Positions 25,989 to 38,816 are shown, counted from the first letter of the whole stretch. The stretch: DNA of 61,663 bases, filler included, from Choristocarpus tenellus KU-1152 (GCA_964200185.2; 14 parts of 14 records of this genome joined end to end with filler, not necessarily neighbours in it); one strand, 5' to 3'. Numbers and translations are program-made. The notes: a model not told the origin generated them from the sequence alone.

Positions 25989-26260
25989 ATCCCATAGTAC
26001 CTTAGTGGGGGGTGGTGTTTAGGGCATGTTGTCCATTTGGGGCTACATGGAGTATTGTAAGATACCCCAGTCTGACGCCCATTTTGGGGGCGATTTTCCT
26101 TTGGATATGGTTCAGGGCAGGGGGTTAGTAAAGGAAGGTGAGTTCAGATGAAGGAAATTGCCCTTACATTTGACACGTTCACTCAGATGGCATGAAAATC
26201 GCTACAAGTTTAACAGGTCCCGGATAAACGCCTGCCCCTCCCTCTAAGTTGCTATTGGTC
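25989..26260. mobile_element. MITE family E (B-like terminus)
   Basis: Left end atcccatagtaccttagtggg versus reverse-complemented right end gaccaatagcaacttagaggg. Contains gtccatttgggg at 26031; flanks gca|...|gca. Confidence 0.65.
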
Positions 26261-28209
26261 GCACTGTGACTGGGTTGAGAGTGTAACTAAGTGCAAGTGC
26301 AACTGTACTGTAGTCTGCTAGTGTTTTTGCTGTAGTTGACCGACGCACTAGAAAGGTGACTACCGTGTGCTCAACTTGTCACACACCATCCGTGAGGAGA
26401 ACTCCAAAAACTACTATGAATATTTAATTTATTTTCGTCCTTATTTGTTATGAGAAAAACACGAGATATTTGCTTCTGAGTCCGCCAGAGTATCTATATG
26501 TTGGGGTATCATGTTCAAATGTCCATGCGTATGTTTGAACTGCTTTACATGCAGCGATCGATCTGATTTGAAAGTGGTCCTCTTGTGCAGGCAATTATTC
26601 CACCAACATATCTTACAATCACACCTAAGTGCATCCAAAGCTTGAACGATGGTACTCCTGAAAGTATATGACGAGGATGTTCATGGTAGCTCAATCTTCT
26701 GAGCTCCTCCTCTCACATACCATATGCAACCATTACATTCCAAGTGTAGTAAATAATAACTGCACAAAAAGGATATACCCTTCATGCTGTCCCCTACCAC
26801 CCCATCCCAACAAACACATGTGAAGAAGTTGTGTCAGTCGTTTCACTACAGATGAGTATAGTCCTGCTGTCACGTTTGTGTATAAAGGTCGAGCCCTTTC
26901 ACTGAGTGTACGGCGCCCTTGCTAGGAGCAAGAATCACCACAAGTCTCTTCGAAAGGTTCTTGAGAGTTGACCCATGCATACATGCATCAGGCAACCCCA
27001 AGGACCATAGGGAATGGGAGCCTGCATACACAGCAGTGTGTAGGCTAAAGCCTTAAAAGTATCACTGTGGTTTGGAAGCAGTGCGTTTGGAGTGGCAGGT
27101 CAACTCACTATATAGACACTCCATGACAACATTGTCGCTTGCCCCAGGGTGACATTGTTGAGAAAGTAAACAGTTCCTGTTGTTACCCTTCACTTTCAAC
27201 TGTGCATATATACAATACCCTCACACCAGCACTTCATAAAATAATATAAACGAAGACAATTGTCAAGAGTCTTGCCCATGCATCATACAAGGAGTTCTGT
27301 GGTGTTTGCGGATGCTCCAGGGCAAGTTGGAGGCTCTGGTCGCGAGTCTGGTGGTGGTGGTGGTGGCAGCAGTAGCAGCATTGAAAAAAAGAGTATTTGT
27401 TTTTTTAATCTCAAGAGTATAATCATCAGAATAAAAATGGTAACAAAGATGTTTAAAGATGTTCACAACAAATGGATGAAGGGGATAACATGTAAAGTCC
27501 GTGAGACAAAATACTATGAACATCTATGTCAACAAGGGGATTGATGATGTCTTGCTGCAACAACCAAAAAGCATGCGCATGGCACAATTGCAGGGTTCTC
27601 ACCACTGGTGATCTACTTCAAGCGATGCCTCTTGCCCTCACACCAACAGTCCCTGCCTCCGGGCAACTCTACACAAATCCCAAACCCTATCCAAGGAGTC
27701 GTGCTATCCCAAATGAAATCTTAGTAGACTACTATACTACTCTGGGGGGGCGTAACGCCTACTTACAACCTATTGCAACTCCTCCCTTGCCGGGAAGAGA
27801 ACCGACTCTTTTCATCCACTTTCTCGTTTCTTTCCCATGAAAGCACGCAACACAACAGTACAACACCTCTCACAACCTCTCTTCCTGCTCTGCTTCCGCC
27901 TTCCTGATCTACTCCAACACCCCCTCCCCACCACTTTAAACAGTTCATCGCGCATGCACAGCAAAAAACCTGCACCCCGTTCCAACCAACAACCCAGCTA
28001 TTCAACCACCACCTAATGAGGGACCAACTTCTACACTCACAGGCACCCCTTCAACCACCGCAGACGGAGGCGCAGTTACAACCCGCCACCATAATACACC
28101 TCCGAAAAGTCTATGCACATTTACTTACTCACTTCGCCATGCACGCATGCTCCTCATGCTAATGCCGTCTCCTCTCCTATTCCCCGACTGCTGTACCACC
28201 CCCGACCCT

Positions 28210-28400
28210 TCACGATGCTGTCAACATCTCCTTGAACTGCGCGAAGCCCAGTTGCCCCGTCCCCTCCGTGTCGAGAGACTCAATTATCCCCTCAATGTCA
28301 ACATCGAGACCAAAATCAGTCTTGATGATCTTGACGATCTTGGGGACATTGGCCGACCCGCTCTCGTCTGCATTACCCCCACAGGCCACAAATGCATCCA
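28210..28400 (-). CDS. EF-hand protein, outer-arm dynein light chain LC4 (18 kDa)-like, terminal exon
   Basis: tcag|(V)DAFVACGGNADESGSANVPKIVKIIKTDFGLDVDIEGIIESLDTEGTGQLGFAQFKEMLTAS*; DAFVA.GGN.D..G pattern plus a C-terminal EF-hand. Confidence 0.85.
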
Positions 28401-28660
28401 CTGATATATATATATATACATATATATGCAAAATCAAACACGCATGCGTGTGTGAAAACCGGGATACATGAGCTTGAAAGAAAGGGGGGGGGGGAAAAAA
28501 AGAAGAGAGAATCGAAGTCACAACAAGATTNNNNNNNNNNNNNNNNNNNNNNNNNNNNNNNNNNNNNNNNNNNNTTAATTAATTAANNNNNNNNNNNNNN
28601 NNNNNNNNNNNNNNNNNNNNNNNNNNNNNNCGTAGTCGAACCAGAGTTTGACATTCTTAA

Positions 28661-28840
28661 GGCTCAAAGTATCTGGGGGGGGGGGGGATACTACACAAGG
28701 GTGTCTATTTGGGCCCTGAACAGCAGAACTGCACCTACATTATTCATTCGACGCATGCAACCAAATCACCCAAAAATTGCAACATGAAAAAATGGGCCCC
28801 AAATGGACAGCCGCCGCCCCCCCCCCAGATACATTGAGCC
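28661..28840 (+). mobile_element. MITE family A, full copy
   Basis: ggctcaaagtatctgggggg ... ccccagatacattgagcc; flanks ttaa|...|ttaa. Confidence 0.93.
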
Positions 28841-29749
28841 TTAAGAAAGTAAGTATACTTGGTAATCAAAAACAGGGAAGAAGTTCGGTCCACGATATGA
28901 TCAAGCACTAGTCATGTCATGAGGCGGGCAGCAAGGTGCAATGCAATGGACTGCAGTTCTCTGGCAAGACTCCGACACAAGTATCAGTACTTGCCTGCTG
29001 CACGTTACCAGTGTTCACCCCAAACGTTGCAGTGTCACAGTAGAACTTTCTCAAGTCTGAAAGGAGGTCTTCTTCATCTCCTGCAAAGGATGCGCAACAA
29101 TGGACGAATGGGTAAAACAGATGGGGGCGGGAGGATCAGGCACACAGGGCAGGCAAGGAGCAGGTCAGAAGGTAGTGTGGTCGAGGGTAAGAGTCTGATT
29201 ATGGCAAGGGACAGGAAATTTCCACACCACTTGCTAGTCAAACCCAGTAAGGCAGGCTTCCTGCCCCGAAATGATATCTGTATTTTTGTTTGCCCACAGT
29301 CGCTTGCTCTTATTGGAAAAGTTCTTCATTCACTCCTACTTTGAATACTTACGTAGTACCTCAATTTCAGGAACTTTTCAGCAAGCATTCCTTGTAGCAA
29401 CTGTTGCAGGTGTTTTATGTCGAACAGGTGATCCCCACACATATATAAAAGAAATTAGAGTGTAGGTGATGCACACAACACATTTCGCCTACAGAAGCAT
29501 TCCTTTTATCGCCACTGTACAACATGAACTTTGCAGGGAGCGGGATGAGTCACTGCAGGCCCTCTGCTGCAGTCCTTGAATGGTGTGCGGTTACGCAATT
29601 TGCCTCCTCATCGCCACCGTCAAAGCTGGACTCAACTTCCTCCCCACCATCTTCAACTCCTGTTGCTGGTGTCATCTGTCTATACTCTGCTCTTCTCCTA
29701 GCATGTCTACTGTTACCAATGGTCGCTTCCCTCCTCCAATCAATTCATG

Positions 29750-31500
29750 CCAGCCTCAAAAACTTACGACACTTCAGTAAGTAATGCTAGCTAGCATGTT
29801 AAAGAAGGTGATGTTTCCCAAGACCTGAGCATATAGATGATTTGATTATTTCTTACTGGGTTGGATGGGTTGTAGATGAAGTAAGGAAGGAAATGGATGT
29901 CAATGTCACATAAATCTGTGGGCTCAACCTACCATCTCAACTTCTTGTTTGCCTTCAAATATTCCCATCCCCATTTATTCAACTCCTTTGAAGTATCTCT
30001 CATCAGCCAGCAATCCCTGAGCTGTATGAATGTGTCAGTAGTGAGAAAAAATATTCTGTGCCATGCTTTAAAGTATTGAGTACGTAGATACAAATCATAT
30101 CAAGAAGAGAGGTGCCTCTCAATTCCATCCGCACTTGCAGGTCTTCGTTTCCCTCGACCCTTAGCTCATTTTTCAACAAATTGGACAGATTACTATGCCA
30201 CATCATACCCTCATCTCTCAGGTCCTGCATCAAGGCATCAAGTATGCTCATGCTCTTCTAGCTGTAGCTATTCCTGATGAAAAGGTTTTCAAATGCCTCC
30301 ACTTAGCCAGGTTTGCAGTCTCCCTCACCCTCCTCTCCTTGATGGACGCCCACACACTGTTTCTACAGGAGCTCTTTGATGTCATAGAAAAATTGGATGG
30401 TGTGCAGCTCATTAGTAAGGGTCCTGATACCGGATGGCTGTAAATTTTTCAGCAACAAAACTGTGTTCAGTTGGGAAAAAATCCCGTGGCACAATGACAG
30501 GTTCATCATCACTGGCGCCCTTGTCACTCTTCTCCCCGGAAGCATGGCAATCTAACAGCACCTCGTCATCTCATCAACCTCATTCGGATCTGCAGTTCCG
30601 CACTTACATGGAAATAGTGTCCACAACAAAATTTATGCCCAATTAAGTGTGGTATAGTAGTCTTGGTGTTCCAGTAAAAATGAGACAGCAGCCTTTGCTG
30701 AGCATGGTACTGCCGAAGTATGTGGAAGGTACACAGGAAGGGCTATGTGACCACAAACTGAGTTCCTACCACCCTTGGCATGTCATGTATGTCGACTATG
30801 AGGTGTGTCTGTACAACACTTACCTAAAACATGCATTATAGTATATGGCACAAAATCGAGAATAGAATTTGAGTCAAGCCAAAATGACATGCCCTACTTC
30901 AGCATGCTTTGAAAGGATTCATCCACTGTATATTATACTGCACGGGCATCATAATATCATGCCTGAGACTAATCAAGTCACAAACACATGAGTCAGCCAG
31001 TATGGCGAGTTAAGTCTGGCTGAAACATGGTATTTTGAAGTGGGACCAACCACAGCTGTACCTGAGAAATTTTGTCGTTCATAATGTGTTCGTATATCCC
31101 CATCTTCATCCATGAAATTGAAAATCCTACCCTCACTCCGAGAGGATCTAGAGCTCAGAAAATAAAGAACAATTACCAACCCCTCCATCCTGGCACACTT
31201 TCATCCTTGTCACCATCATCGCCATCAGTCAAGCAAACTTCTATTCTTTACAAACAGCAATGTCCAAGGTCTCACCCGCTCTCTCTTCCTTTCAAGGTCA
31301 TCTGCACTGCAGCGTGAACTGAGCAGCCAAATACCTTCGCAATGCCAACAAAATCATGGCACCTCCTTCACTTCTCTGTCCACCACAACTTAAACAAACA
31401 CCACAGCAACATCTACTATGTTTCCCCCTGGTGCTGTTCTTATCACCATGATGGTATCCCTCAGTCAATGTCCTATCTCCTTATATCCACTCGGCCACAT
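29750..31500 (-). pseudogene. Heavily decayed Helitron-like Rep region
   Basis: SAKAAVSFLLEHQDYYT (30651-30701) resembles SA..A.SYLL..PD.YT. Near 31400-31460, frameshifted EQ..RG..H..MLLW resembles the HUH motif E.Q.RG.LH.H.L.W. Many stops. Confidence 0.45.
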
Positions 31501-32142
31501 GCAGCTTGTTCCAGGATAAACCATGCGTCCCTACAGTTAGTTAATCCACCTGGAGCATTGTTTACCTGTCCTTGTGACTAAGTAAATGTTCAAAGTCTAC
31601 TACTACTGAAAGAAGTATTATTACACCTTCTAAACAATATGACATTCTGTGTGGTGTGGCACAGAGCGCACTAAATCCAGTGAGGACTAGATTGTGTATA
31701 CCCTTGGTAGTGAGCCAAAGAAAACGAGAGGTATCCAGGGTTGCATTTGAAGGTGCTGACAAGTGTGCAAAATTCGACCAATTTTGTGAACACTTCCAGG
31801 AATTTTTCTGAATCCCGTGGAAAAGTTTCAAAGGAGGAATATATGCTCTCGAGTGAATGTTAACACTCCATCTATAGAAAAAAGGGTGAATCGCAAAAGA
31901 TGAAAAAGTTATTTAAGATACAGTATGATCAAACCTGGGTGCCTCTCGTTTACTTTTGCTCAGTACCAAAAAACACGATCAGAACTGTGATTTTACTTTG
32001 AAACCGTAGAACATAGGACAGTGTAGACAACACAATGATCTGGACTGGAACGAATAACTATGGACTACCTGTTAATCACAGTCACGTCTACATCACCCTT
32101 TACAAAAACGCCAGTTGAGAAACAATGGACATAATTCGTGCA

Positions 32143-32248
32143 GAGTCAAAGTATCTTAGAGGGTAGAGTCACGTCCATTTGGGGGCCAAAATCCAATGTT
32201 GCGATTTTGATGTAACTTTGGCCATCGTGTTTGTCAGGAAGTGTCAAT
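32143..32248 (+). mobile_element. MITE family B, left part
   Basis: gagtcaaagtatcttagagggtagagtcacgtccatttggggg...; truncated by the contig end. Confidence 0.92.
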
Positions 32249-32364
32249 NNNNNNNNNNNNNNNNNNNNNNNNNNNNNNNNNNNNNNNNNNNNTTAATTAA
32301 TTAANNNNNNNNNNNNNNNNNNNNNNNNNNNNNNNNNNNNNNNNNNNNGGCTCTGAGGGAATCA

Positions 32365-32623
32365 GATCCAAAGTATCTTAGAGGGTAGGGCCGCGTCCAT
32401 TTGGGGACCAAAATCCAATGTTGCGATTTTGATGTAATTTCGGTTATCGTGTTTGTCAGGAAGTATCAATATTCTTGTTCCGGACACACCTTTTCATTAC
32501 ATATACATTTTGCCTACTCTGACACATTTTGGAGTAGGAAAATGTCGTAAAAAACTCCATGGGAAGCCAGGCCCCAAATGGACAAACAGGGCAAAACTCG
32601 TACCCTCTAAGATATTTTCACTC
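32365..32623 (+). mobile_element. MITE family B, full copy
   Basis: gatccaaagtatcttagagggta ... taccctctaagatattttcactc. Confidence 0.93.
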
Positions 32624-32820
32624 ATTGCCCTTCTCTAGCCATAGAACGAGTGGCCTCTGATCGCCACATCACTCGCCTATAGTCATAAAATGAGTGGTCT
32701 TTGACCACCATGGTCAAGACGTTCGTTGCCTAGGTAGTCATTTGTTCTGCGTTCCTTTACTCACACATTTTTGATCGCTTTTGGTTGCCATCTTGCCCTT
32801 TACTCCCCAGGTTTACAGAC

Positions 32821-34956
32821 ATGTCTGGCTCACAGTATTCGCAAGAAGCTGAGGTCGCCTCCGACCTACAGATCCTCCAAGGAATCGATGATTCCGAGAG
32901 ATTCCAGTCCAGTACCTCAGCTCAAGGCAATTCTGGTCGCAGTCGTGTCCACGCTGCTGAACGTCGAGACAGGCGCAGAGAGCGCGTTCGTTTTCGGTCT
33001 TCCACTCATGGCAGATCCCGCTCCAGGTCGAGATCCCGGGAAAGACGCTCTCATCGACATGGAAGGAGGACCAGAGAAGAATGCAGAGGCCGCACCCGTT
33101 CACTGCGTCGTCACCGTCGGACCAGTGATTATTATTCTTCACATAGGTCTGTATCACCCAGACCATTTCGGAGGAATAGCCTGAGTACGGTACGTTGGTC
33201 CAGAGAGGTTGAGGCAGAGTTGCGAAGAGAGATTCATGAGTTGCGTACTCGAGCCGAGTCGCGTGAGTCACCAACCGATAGGCAGGAGTGCAACCTCGAC
33301 ATGCGTTATCACCAAGATTGTGTTAAAACCATGGAACACATTCATAAGAAACTCGGAGACTCTGCCCACGGTCCCGTCTTTCTTCGAATACCTGCAGATA
33401 ACTCCGCCCCAACCATGTTAAACAACCCCGTTTTTTTCGCTGACACTCTTACCAAGGCTTTAGGGAGGGTTCAAGGAGGATCGTGGGCCTTACCCAAAGA
33501 TCGTGTCCACTATCGCAATACATCACGTCCACGTAGTGATGCCCTTACCCCTTTCCGCATCGAGCTTCTTGAGCAACTACTGTCTGACTCTCTTAGGACC
33601 CACAGTGATCTCCTAAGCGACTCATCTACAGTGGAAGTCCTGAGCGTCACCGGACACCTCCTTCGGGTTCCTCGGGAAGACATGACAGCGACCGAGTGGG
33701 TTCATATCCTGGTGAGAGAATGCACCCTTTCATATAGTCAGTCAAAGTATACCGTAAAGAATGCAATTAGTTCATTAAGGACTGAGAGAGGGGAATCGTG
33801 GAAAGCTGCAGCCAACAGGCTTGTCTTACATTATCGAGCATACACCATAAGATTCGCGGATGCCTCATGTTTGCGAGACAACTTTCTTTTGGAGGTATAT
33901 AGCTGAAGGTCAACTCATTGAACTTTGCGAACGAGCTCTTCCTATTCTTCTTCCCAATGTTCTAGATCAGATTGGAATACAGTCGATGGCATTTTCATTT
34001 CGAAAGGAGATTCGGAACCAAATTCGCCCACTGGCAATTTCCCAGAATAATTCTCTAGGAGATGAAATGATACAGCGGGGAATTAACGCAGAACGGATCT
34101 TTGACGATCTTATCGAAGAATTGTCCAATCGTAGCGACCAGTACGCATTTTCTCCAACCAATCAAAATTCTCCTAAACCTGCGTCGTCCAAAGATAGGAC
34201 ACCTACTGCTTTAGGTAGCATGGCTAACGCCCATGCTATGTTTGCAAGCATGTCCGACCCTTTGTCTGCCCCAGTTGACACCCCGGTAGGCAGACAGGAA
34301 CTGGATTTACCTCAACATAGCAGGATATCCTTGCCGCAGGAGGTGCCAAGCCAGAATCCACCACCACATCAAGAGGTGGTCAACAGTGTGCTGGCGGCCC
34401 TCGCACCGAATCTCCAACCTGTTTTGTCCCAAAACCCCGTGCCCACTGTCTGTGCTGCGTTGACAAACCAACCTGCTTCTACTCCTGGGAATCATGGGAC
34501 CACATTCGTTTTGAAGAGCAATGCATCCGCGACCATTCGCCCAGCAACACCCGCCACCCAGTCTGTGCCCCGATCCACGTCCTCTATAACCACAGAGCGA
34601 GCGATGCTGGTCGACACCACTCCGGTAAGGATTTACCTTCGGCATCTGCTTCCCAAGATGAGGTTGTCGAGTGGCTCAAGGCACATCGAGTTTGTTTCCA
34701 TCATGCTTTTGGTCGCGGATGCTTCAAGTCTATCAGCCACAGGTGCAGGTATACTCACGACGACTCTGTAGTACCTAAGGGTTACTTTGCATATCTGCCC
34801 CAAGATAAGCCAAGTACTACCTCAGCGAACGAGTCGCGTATGATGGTAGCCTTGACAGATGCCCATTTGCACAACCTCGCCGCGATGCAGGACGTTGAGT
34901 TTCCGCCACTATTTGCAAGCAGTCCGACCGATTCTGAAGTTCTTGAGTTGCCCTGA
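32821..34956 (+). mobile_element. LTR retrotransposon gag-like ORF (two compensating frameshifts) ending in a CCCH zinc finger
   Basis: ATG at 32821; RS-rich N-terminus and coiled coil; ORFs 32785-33906 and 33860-34771. It returns to the first frame as EVVEWLKAHRVCFHHAFGRGCFKSISHRCRYTH and stops at TGA 34954-34956. A retropepsin follows. Confidence 0.75.
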
Positions 34957-35652
34957 GGGTGCGCCCTGGAGTCTTCAGCTCCAGGGAACGTAGACACTGT
35001 AGCCATAGGAAGCATGACCCCCACACTTACCTCGAAAATATCCACTATGTCAACTGACCAACGAACTAGTCAAGTGTATGGCTATCTGCACTGCTGTGGC
35101 ACCCTCGCAAAGTCCACTCGAGAATGCCTGACAGATACTCCTTGACACAGGTGCAGGAGGTGGGAACTACATTTCGTCTGCTTTCTGGCGCAGTACTACT
35201 CTCTGGGGAGGTAGCACCGGCCTACCACACCTTAACCAAACCGGTAGAGGAACGTTGCATGCAGCAAACCCGAAAGGATGCAGTATCCCACCTATGCAGG
35301 TACTAGGATCCTGCATACTGCCAATATTGTTTCCGAGTGAAAGTATCTTAGAGGGTACGAGTTTTCCCCTGTTTGTCCATTTGGGACTTGGCTTCCCATT
35401 TTTTTTTTTAATGACATTTACCCACTCCAAAATGTGTAGGAGTGGGTAAAATGTATACGTTACGAAAAGGTGTGTCTGGAACAAGGATATTGACACTTCC
35501 TAACAAACACGATAGCCAAAATGACATCAAAACCGCAACATTGGGATTTGGGCCCCAATGGAAGCGGCTCTACCCTCTAAGATACTTTGACTCTTCCCCC
35601 AGAGGATAGAGTCCACAATGTGACATTTAGAGTAGTGGAAGGCTTACCTTAC
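34957..35652 (+). mobile_element. Retrotransposon aspartic protease, interrupted by MITE B insertions
   Basis: QILLDTGAGGGNYISSAFW (DTG at 35144-35152) ... PMQVLGSCILPILFP[MITE]PEDRVHNVTFRVVEGLPY[MITE]. Confidence 0.85.
35335..35593 (-). mobile_element. MITE family B, full copy with 4-bp TSD
   Basis: ttcc|gagtgaaagtatcttagagggta ... taccctctaagatactttgactc|ttcc. Confidence 0.95.
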
Positions 35653-35703
35653 GAGTGAAACTATCTTAGAGGGTACGAATTTTTCCCTGTTTGTCCATTT
35701 GTG
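35653..35703 (-). mobile_element. MITE family B, terminal part
   Basis: gagtgaaactatcttagagggtacga..ccctgtttgtccattt; cut by the contig end. Confidence 0.9.
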
Positions 35704-37280
35704 NNNNNNNNNNNNNNNNNNNNNNNNNNNNNNNNNNNNNNNNNNNNTTAATTAATTAANNNNNNNNNNNNNNNNNNNNNNNNNNNNNNNNNNNNNNNNN
35801 NNNTGCATCTTCTCTCAGCATCAGCGTCGCAGCCGCGTGATCCATTGCGCGATTTGATCACGCTGCTGCGCCTCACTGCTCGCACTTTCTCGTCACCTAA
35901 CATCGCACTGAGTGTCACACAGTACTTGCTTTTCAGTTACCTCTCGAAGGAGAGGGTGCAGAGGGTAGATCCAGGGGCAGAGTCGCCTCGGCGGCTCTCC
36001 TTGTCTCACCGTCGTGGTTCATGTTGCTGCGTAAGTCACGCGTGTGTGTGCTGTTAAAATATAGGCTACTCATCTGTTTGTTCGTTGATAGGATACAGTT
36101 TCAACAGTCAACACTGACTGTTGATTGGTCTGTTACGCTCTGGACGTTACTGTCACAAGTTCATCATCACCATATCAATTACCATCAGACACGGTAGTAC
36201 AGAAGAGTCGCTCTGCGTTCCACATGCAAGAATAGCATACGTTACTTGAGTTGCATCACACATTGGCTCATGTTTGTTCTGTTGTTCCCTTGTTTGTTTT
36301 TTTTTCACACTCTCTTCCTCTTATCAGTAGAAGATGACAGTTGTACGTTGATTGTTGATTATTATTTCTTTCATGACTGCCATTGATCTCTCACAATGCA
36401 CCAAGCTCACTCCGCAAACAGTGTACCAAACACACACATGGACGTAATATAATCAGAGTTAAAACCATCCGCGAAACTCTTAACAGCCAAGGTAACAAGC
36501 CTCTCGACAGAGCATGGACTTCTTTCGTTGAGTATCTCATGAAGGAACACTAAATTCACATCGCTTTATTCTGGATTGAGCAACCAAGAATACTGAATTC
36601 ACATCGCATCATTCTTGACTGAGAGATAAATGACCTCGGTTACAACAGAATAAATACATCGGTGCATTGCAGCACAATTACATCTATCCATAACATGGAC
36701 TACGCATATCACTCATCGGTGCTTTGCAACACCATGATTCCTCATTGCTCGTAGTCTACGTATTTTGCTTACATGTACGATGCATTCGATTCAGGTCTCA
36801 GCATGCTCACAGAGAGTCTGCAAATGGCGTTAAAAAGATGACTGGAAGTCTTGGGGGTTTTCTCGGTATCGCCACACGCGCCACACTTGGCCAGCGACTT
36901 TCCCCGCATCAGGTTTTGGCAAGGAGTTCAGCCAGTCACTTCATTTTTGTCCATTTTGAAGTCGTGACCTTCAAAATTGCACCAGAGATATATGTTCTGG
37001 CGTGTTTTTGCCATTATTTGATCGGGACATAGCTCCCGTTCCCCGAAGCGTGGACATTTATGGATACAAACTTTCAAAAGCTCTTGTCATACCCTTTCAT
37101 TCGAGATATATATTATTGTATAGTTGTGGTGGCGATACGGTTAAACAAAACAAGATTACCACAGAGGGCGAAGCTACTGATACCACTTTGCTAAAATATA
37201 TTTTGCTACCAATCAGTGTTTTTTTCATAGTGTGGGCAGCCTCTAGGATCACAACGGTCTTGATTTTTTTCGAGATGATA

Positions 37281-37537
37281 TAAAGCGAGTTGATCGATGA
37301 TCAGCACATCAAATTTAAGTTGAGATCAAATGCTGTCGATTAGGGCAAAGAAATCAGGTCGAAAAATATGTCGCCTTGAGTTCGGAAATGGCGAAAGGTT
37401 AGGTTGAGTTGGTAAAAAATGAAAATCACTGAAAATCTTACCAAGATTTTCTTTGCGGCCGAATTTCTTTGCGCCAATCGACTGCCTATGATCTCAGCAT
37501 TTAATTTGATATACTGATGAATCATCAACTTGCCTTA
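37281..37537. mobile_element. MITE with about 75-bp imperfect TIRs (unrelated to families A-E)
   Basis: Left end taaagcgagttgat..tcagcacatcaaattt..tgagatca..gctgtcgatt..gcaaagaaat matches the reverse complement of 37461-37537 (taaggcaagttgat..tcagtatatcaaatt..tgagatca..gcagtcgatt..gcaaagaaat). Confidence 0.75.
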
Positions 37538-37748
37538 CATAAGCTCTAATTTAATCAAGATGAGCCGACCTCGACAGCGTCGTTCGTGCAAGCACGCTCT
37601 GTGTGAGGCTTTCGGAGCTGAACCTTCGCACGCAGCTCAATACGACGTTGAGTGTTGACGCGGAACTCGGCACAATGGGTGCAGAAGCCCCTCTGTCGAA
37701 GGACATGCTGGATATCGTGGTGCTGTCTCTACCTTCAGGCTCCAAGTT

Positions 37749-38300
37749 TTACAGAAGTCGAAGGCTGAGGTTAGGCAGAGCGTACGATCGTAGGCCCTTA
37801 GAGGGAGTACCTTCAGGAAACTTTCTTTGTGAACATTCAAAACTTCGGTGGCCTAATTCCCCACATACAAAGCAACTAATACCCCCTTCAGTCGCCTTCT
37901 GCTTCTTGACTTGTAGGCACTTGGATCTGAAGTGAGGTCCGCCACATCCCCAACAATTGGGTTGCTCACCAGTCCGTCTTGATTGCCTTCCTGCCACCAC
38001 TGCGCTAGCTCTAACCCCTGCCGATTCTGTCCCTTTTGCATGGTCCGCAATCAATACTTATTGAGGATTAATCTTTCCAATTTCAACCGTCCCTCTTCCA
38101 ACTCGTCATCATCTATCTGGGACAAGATGTCCAGATACTCTTCACCAAGTGAGTTTGTAGCCAACCCACTCGATCTTCCTCTATCACGGAACCTCCCAAG
38201 CTCTTCAGCTCCATTATAAGAACCTCCTGCCGTTAATGATGTCAGCAGGATCTCCCCTAGGTTTCAGCACCATGTCCATCAGTTGCCGTTTAACTAGATT
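37749..38300 (-). pseudogene. Decayed retroelement gag with two zinc knuckles
   Basis: CWGCGGPHFRSKC and CFVCGELGHRSFEC (CX2CX4HX4C), preceded by LGEEYLDILSQI..LERLILNKY with stops and frameshifts. Confidence 0.75.
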
Positions 38301-38776
38301 TCTCTCCGTTTGGGCGGAATATCATAGTCTTGACAAGTGCGGCGAATGCCTCACTCGGAGATTTGTACCTGAAAACGACGTCTAAAGCATGTCCTGCTGG
38401 CGCCTCCTGTTGTCCATTAATAGTGTACGTCGTCGCATGGTGATGATACGGGTCCACACCTGCCTAGGAATACTCCAGTGACAGTACCCTCAGATGTTCC
38501 TTCGTTACCAGTGGCTCCCTCCATCCTGTCCTCCACGTTTCTGGTTCCCCCTTGAACGCAGGTTGTTTGGAGGAGTATTTTCTTTATTTAGGCACAACAA
38601 ATAGGGGTCTAGCCCCCACGGCCACCGAATCTCTAGCCCCAGCCCCAACGTCGCCCCCTTGTGCGGCTGATGCCCCNNNNNNNNNNNNNNNNNNNNNNNN
38701 NNNNNNNNNNNNNNNNNNNNTTAATTAATTAANNNNNNNNNNNNNNNNNNNNNNNNNNNNNNNNNNNNNNNNNNNN

Positions 38777-38816
38777 CAAATGGACAGCCGCCACCCCCTC
38801 CCAGATACTTTGAGCC
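38777..38816 (+). mobile_element. MITE family A, right end
   Basis: caaatggacagccgccaccccctcccagatactttgagcc at the contig start. Confidence 0.9.

Noticed and set aside
32453-32638. Recurrent small ORFs with a PKWT motif (also 23405, 35167, 46078, 48984, 50833) resembling a peptide family
   Set aside because: Chance translations of the MITE box CCCAAATGGAC; frames and ends are not conserved.
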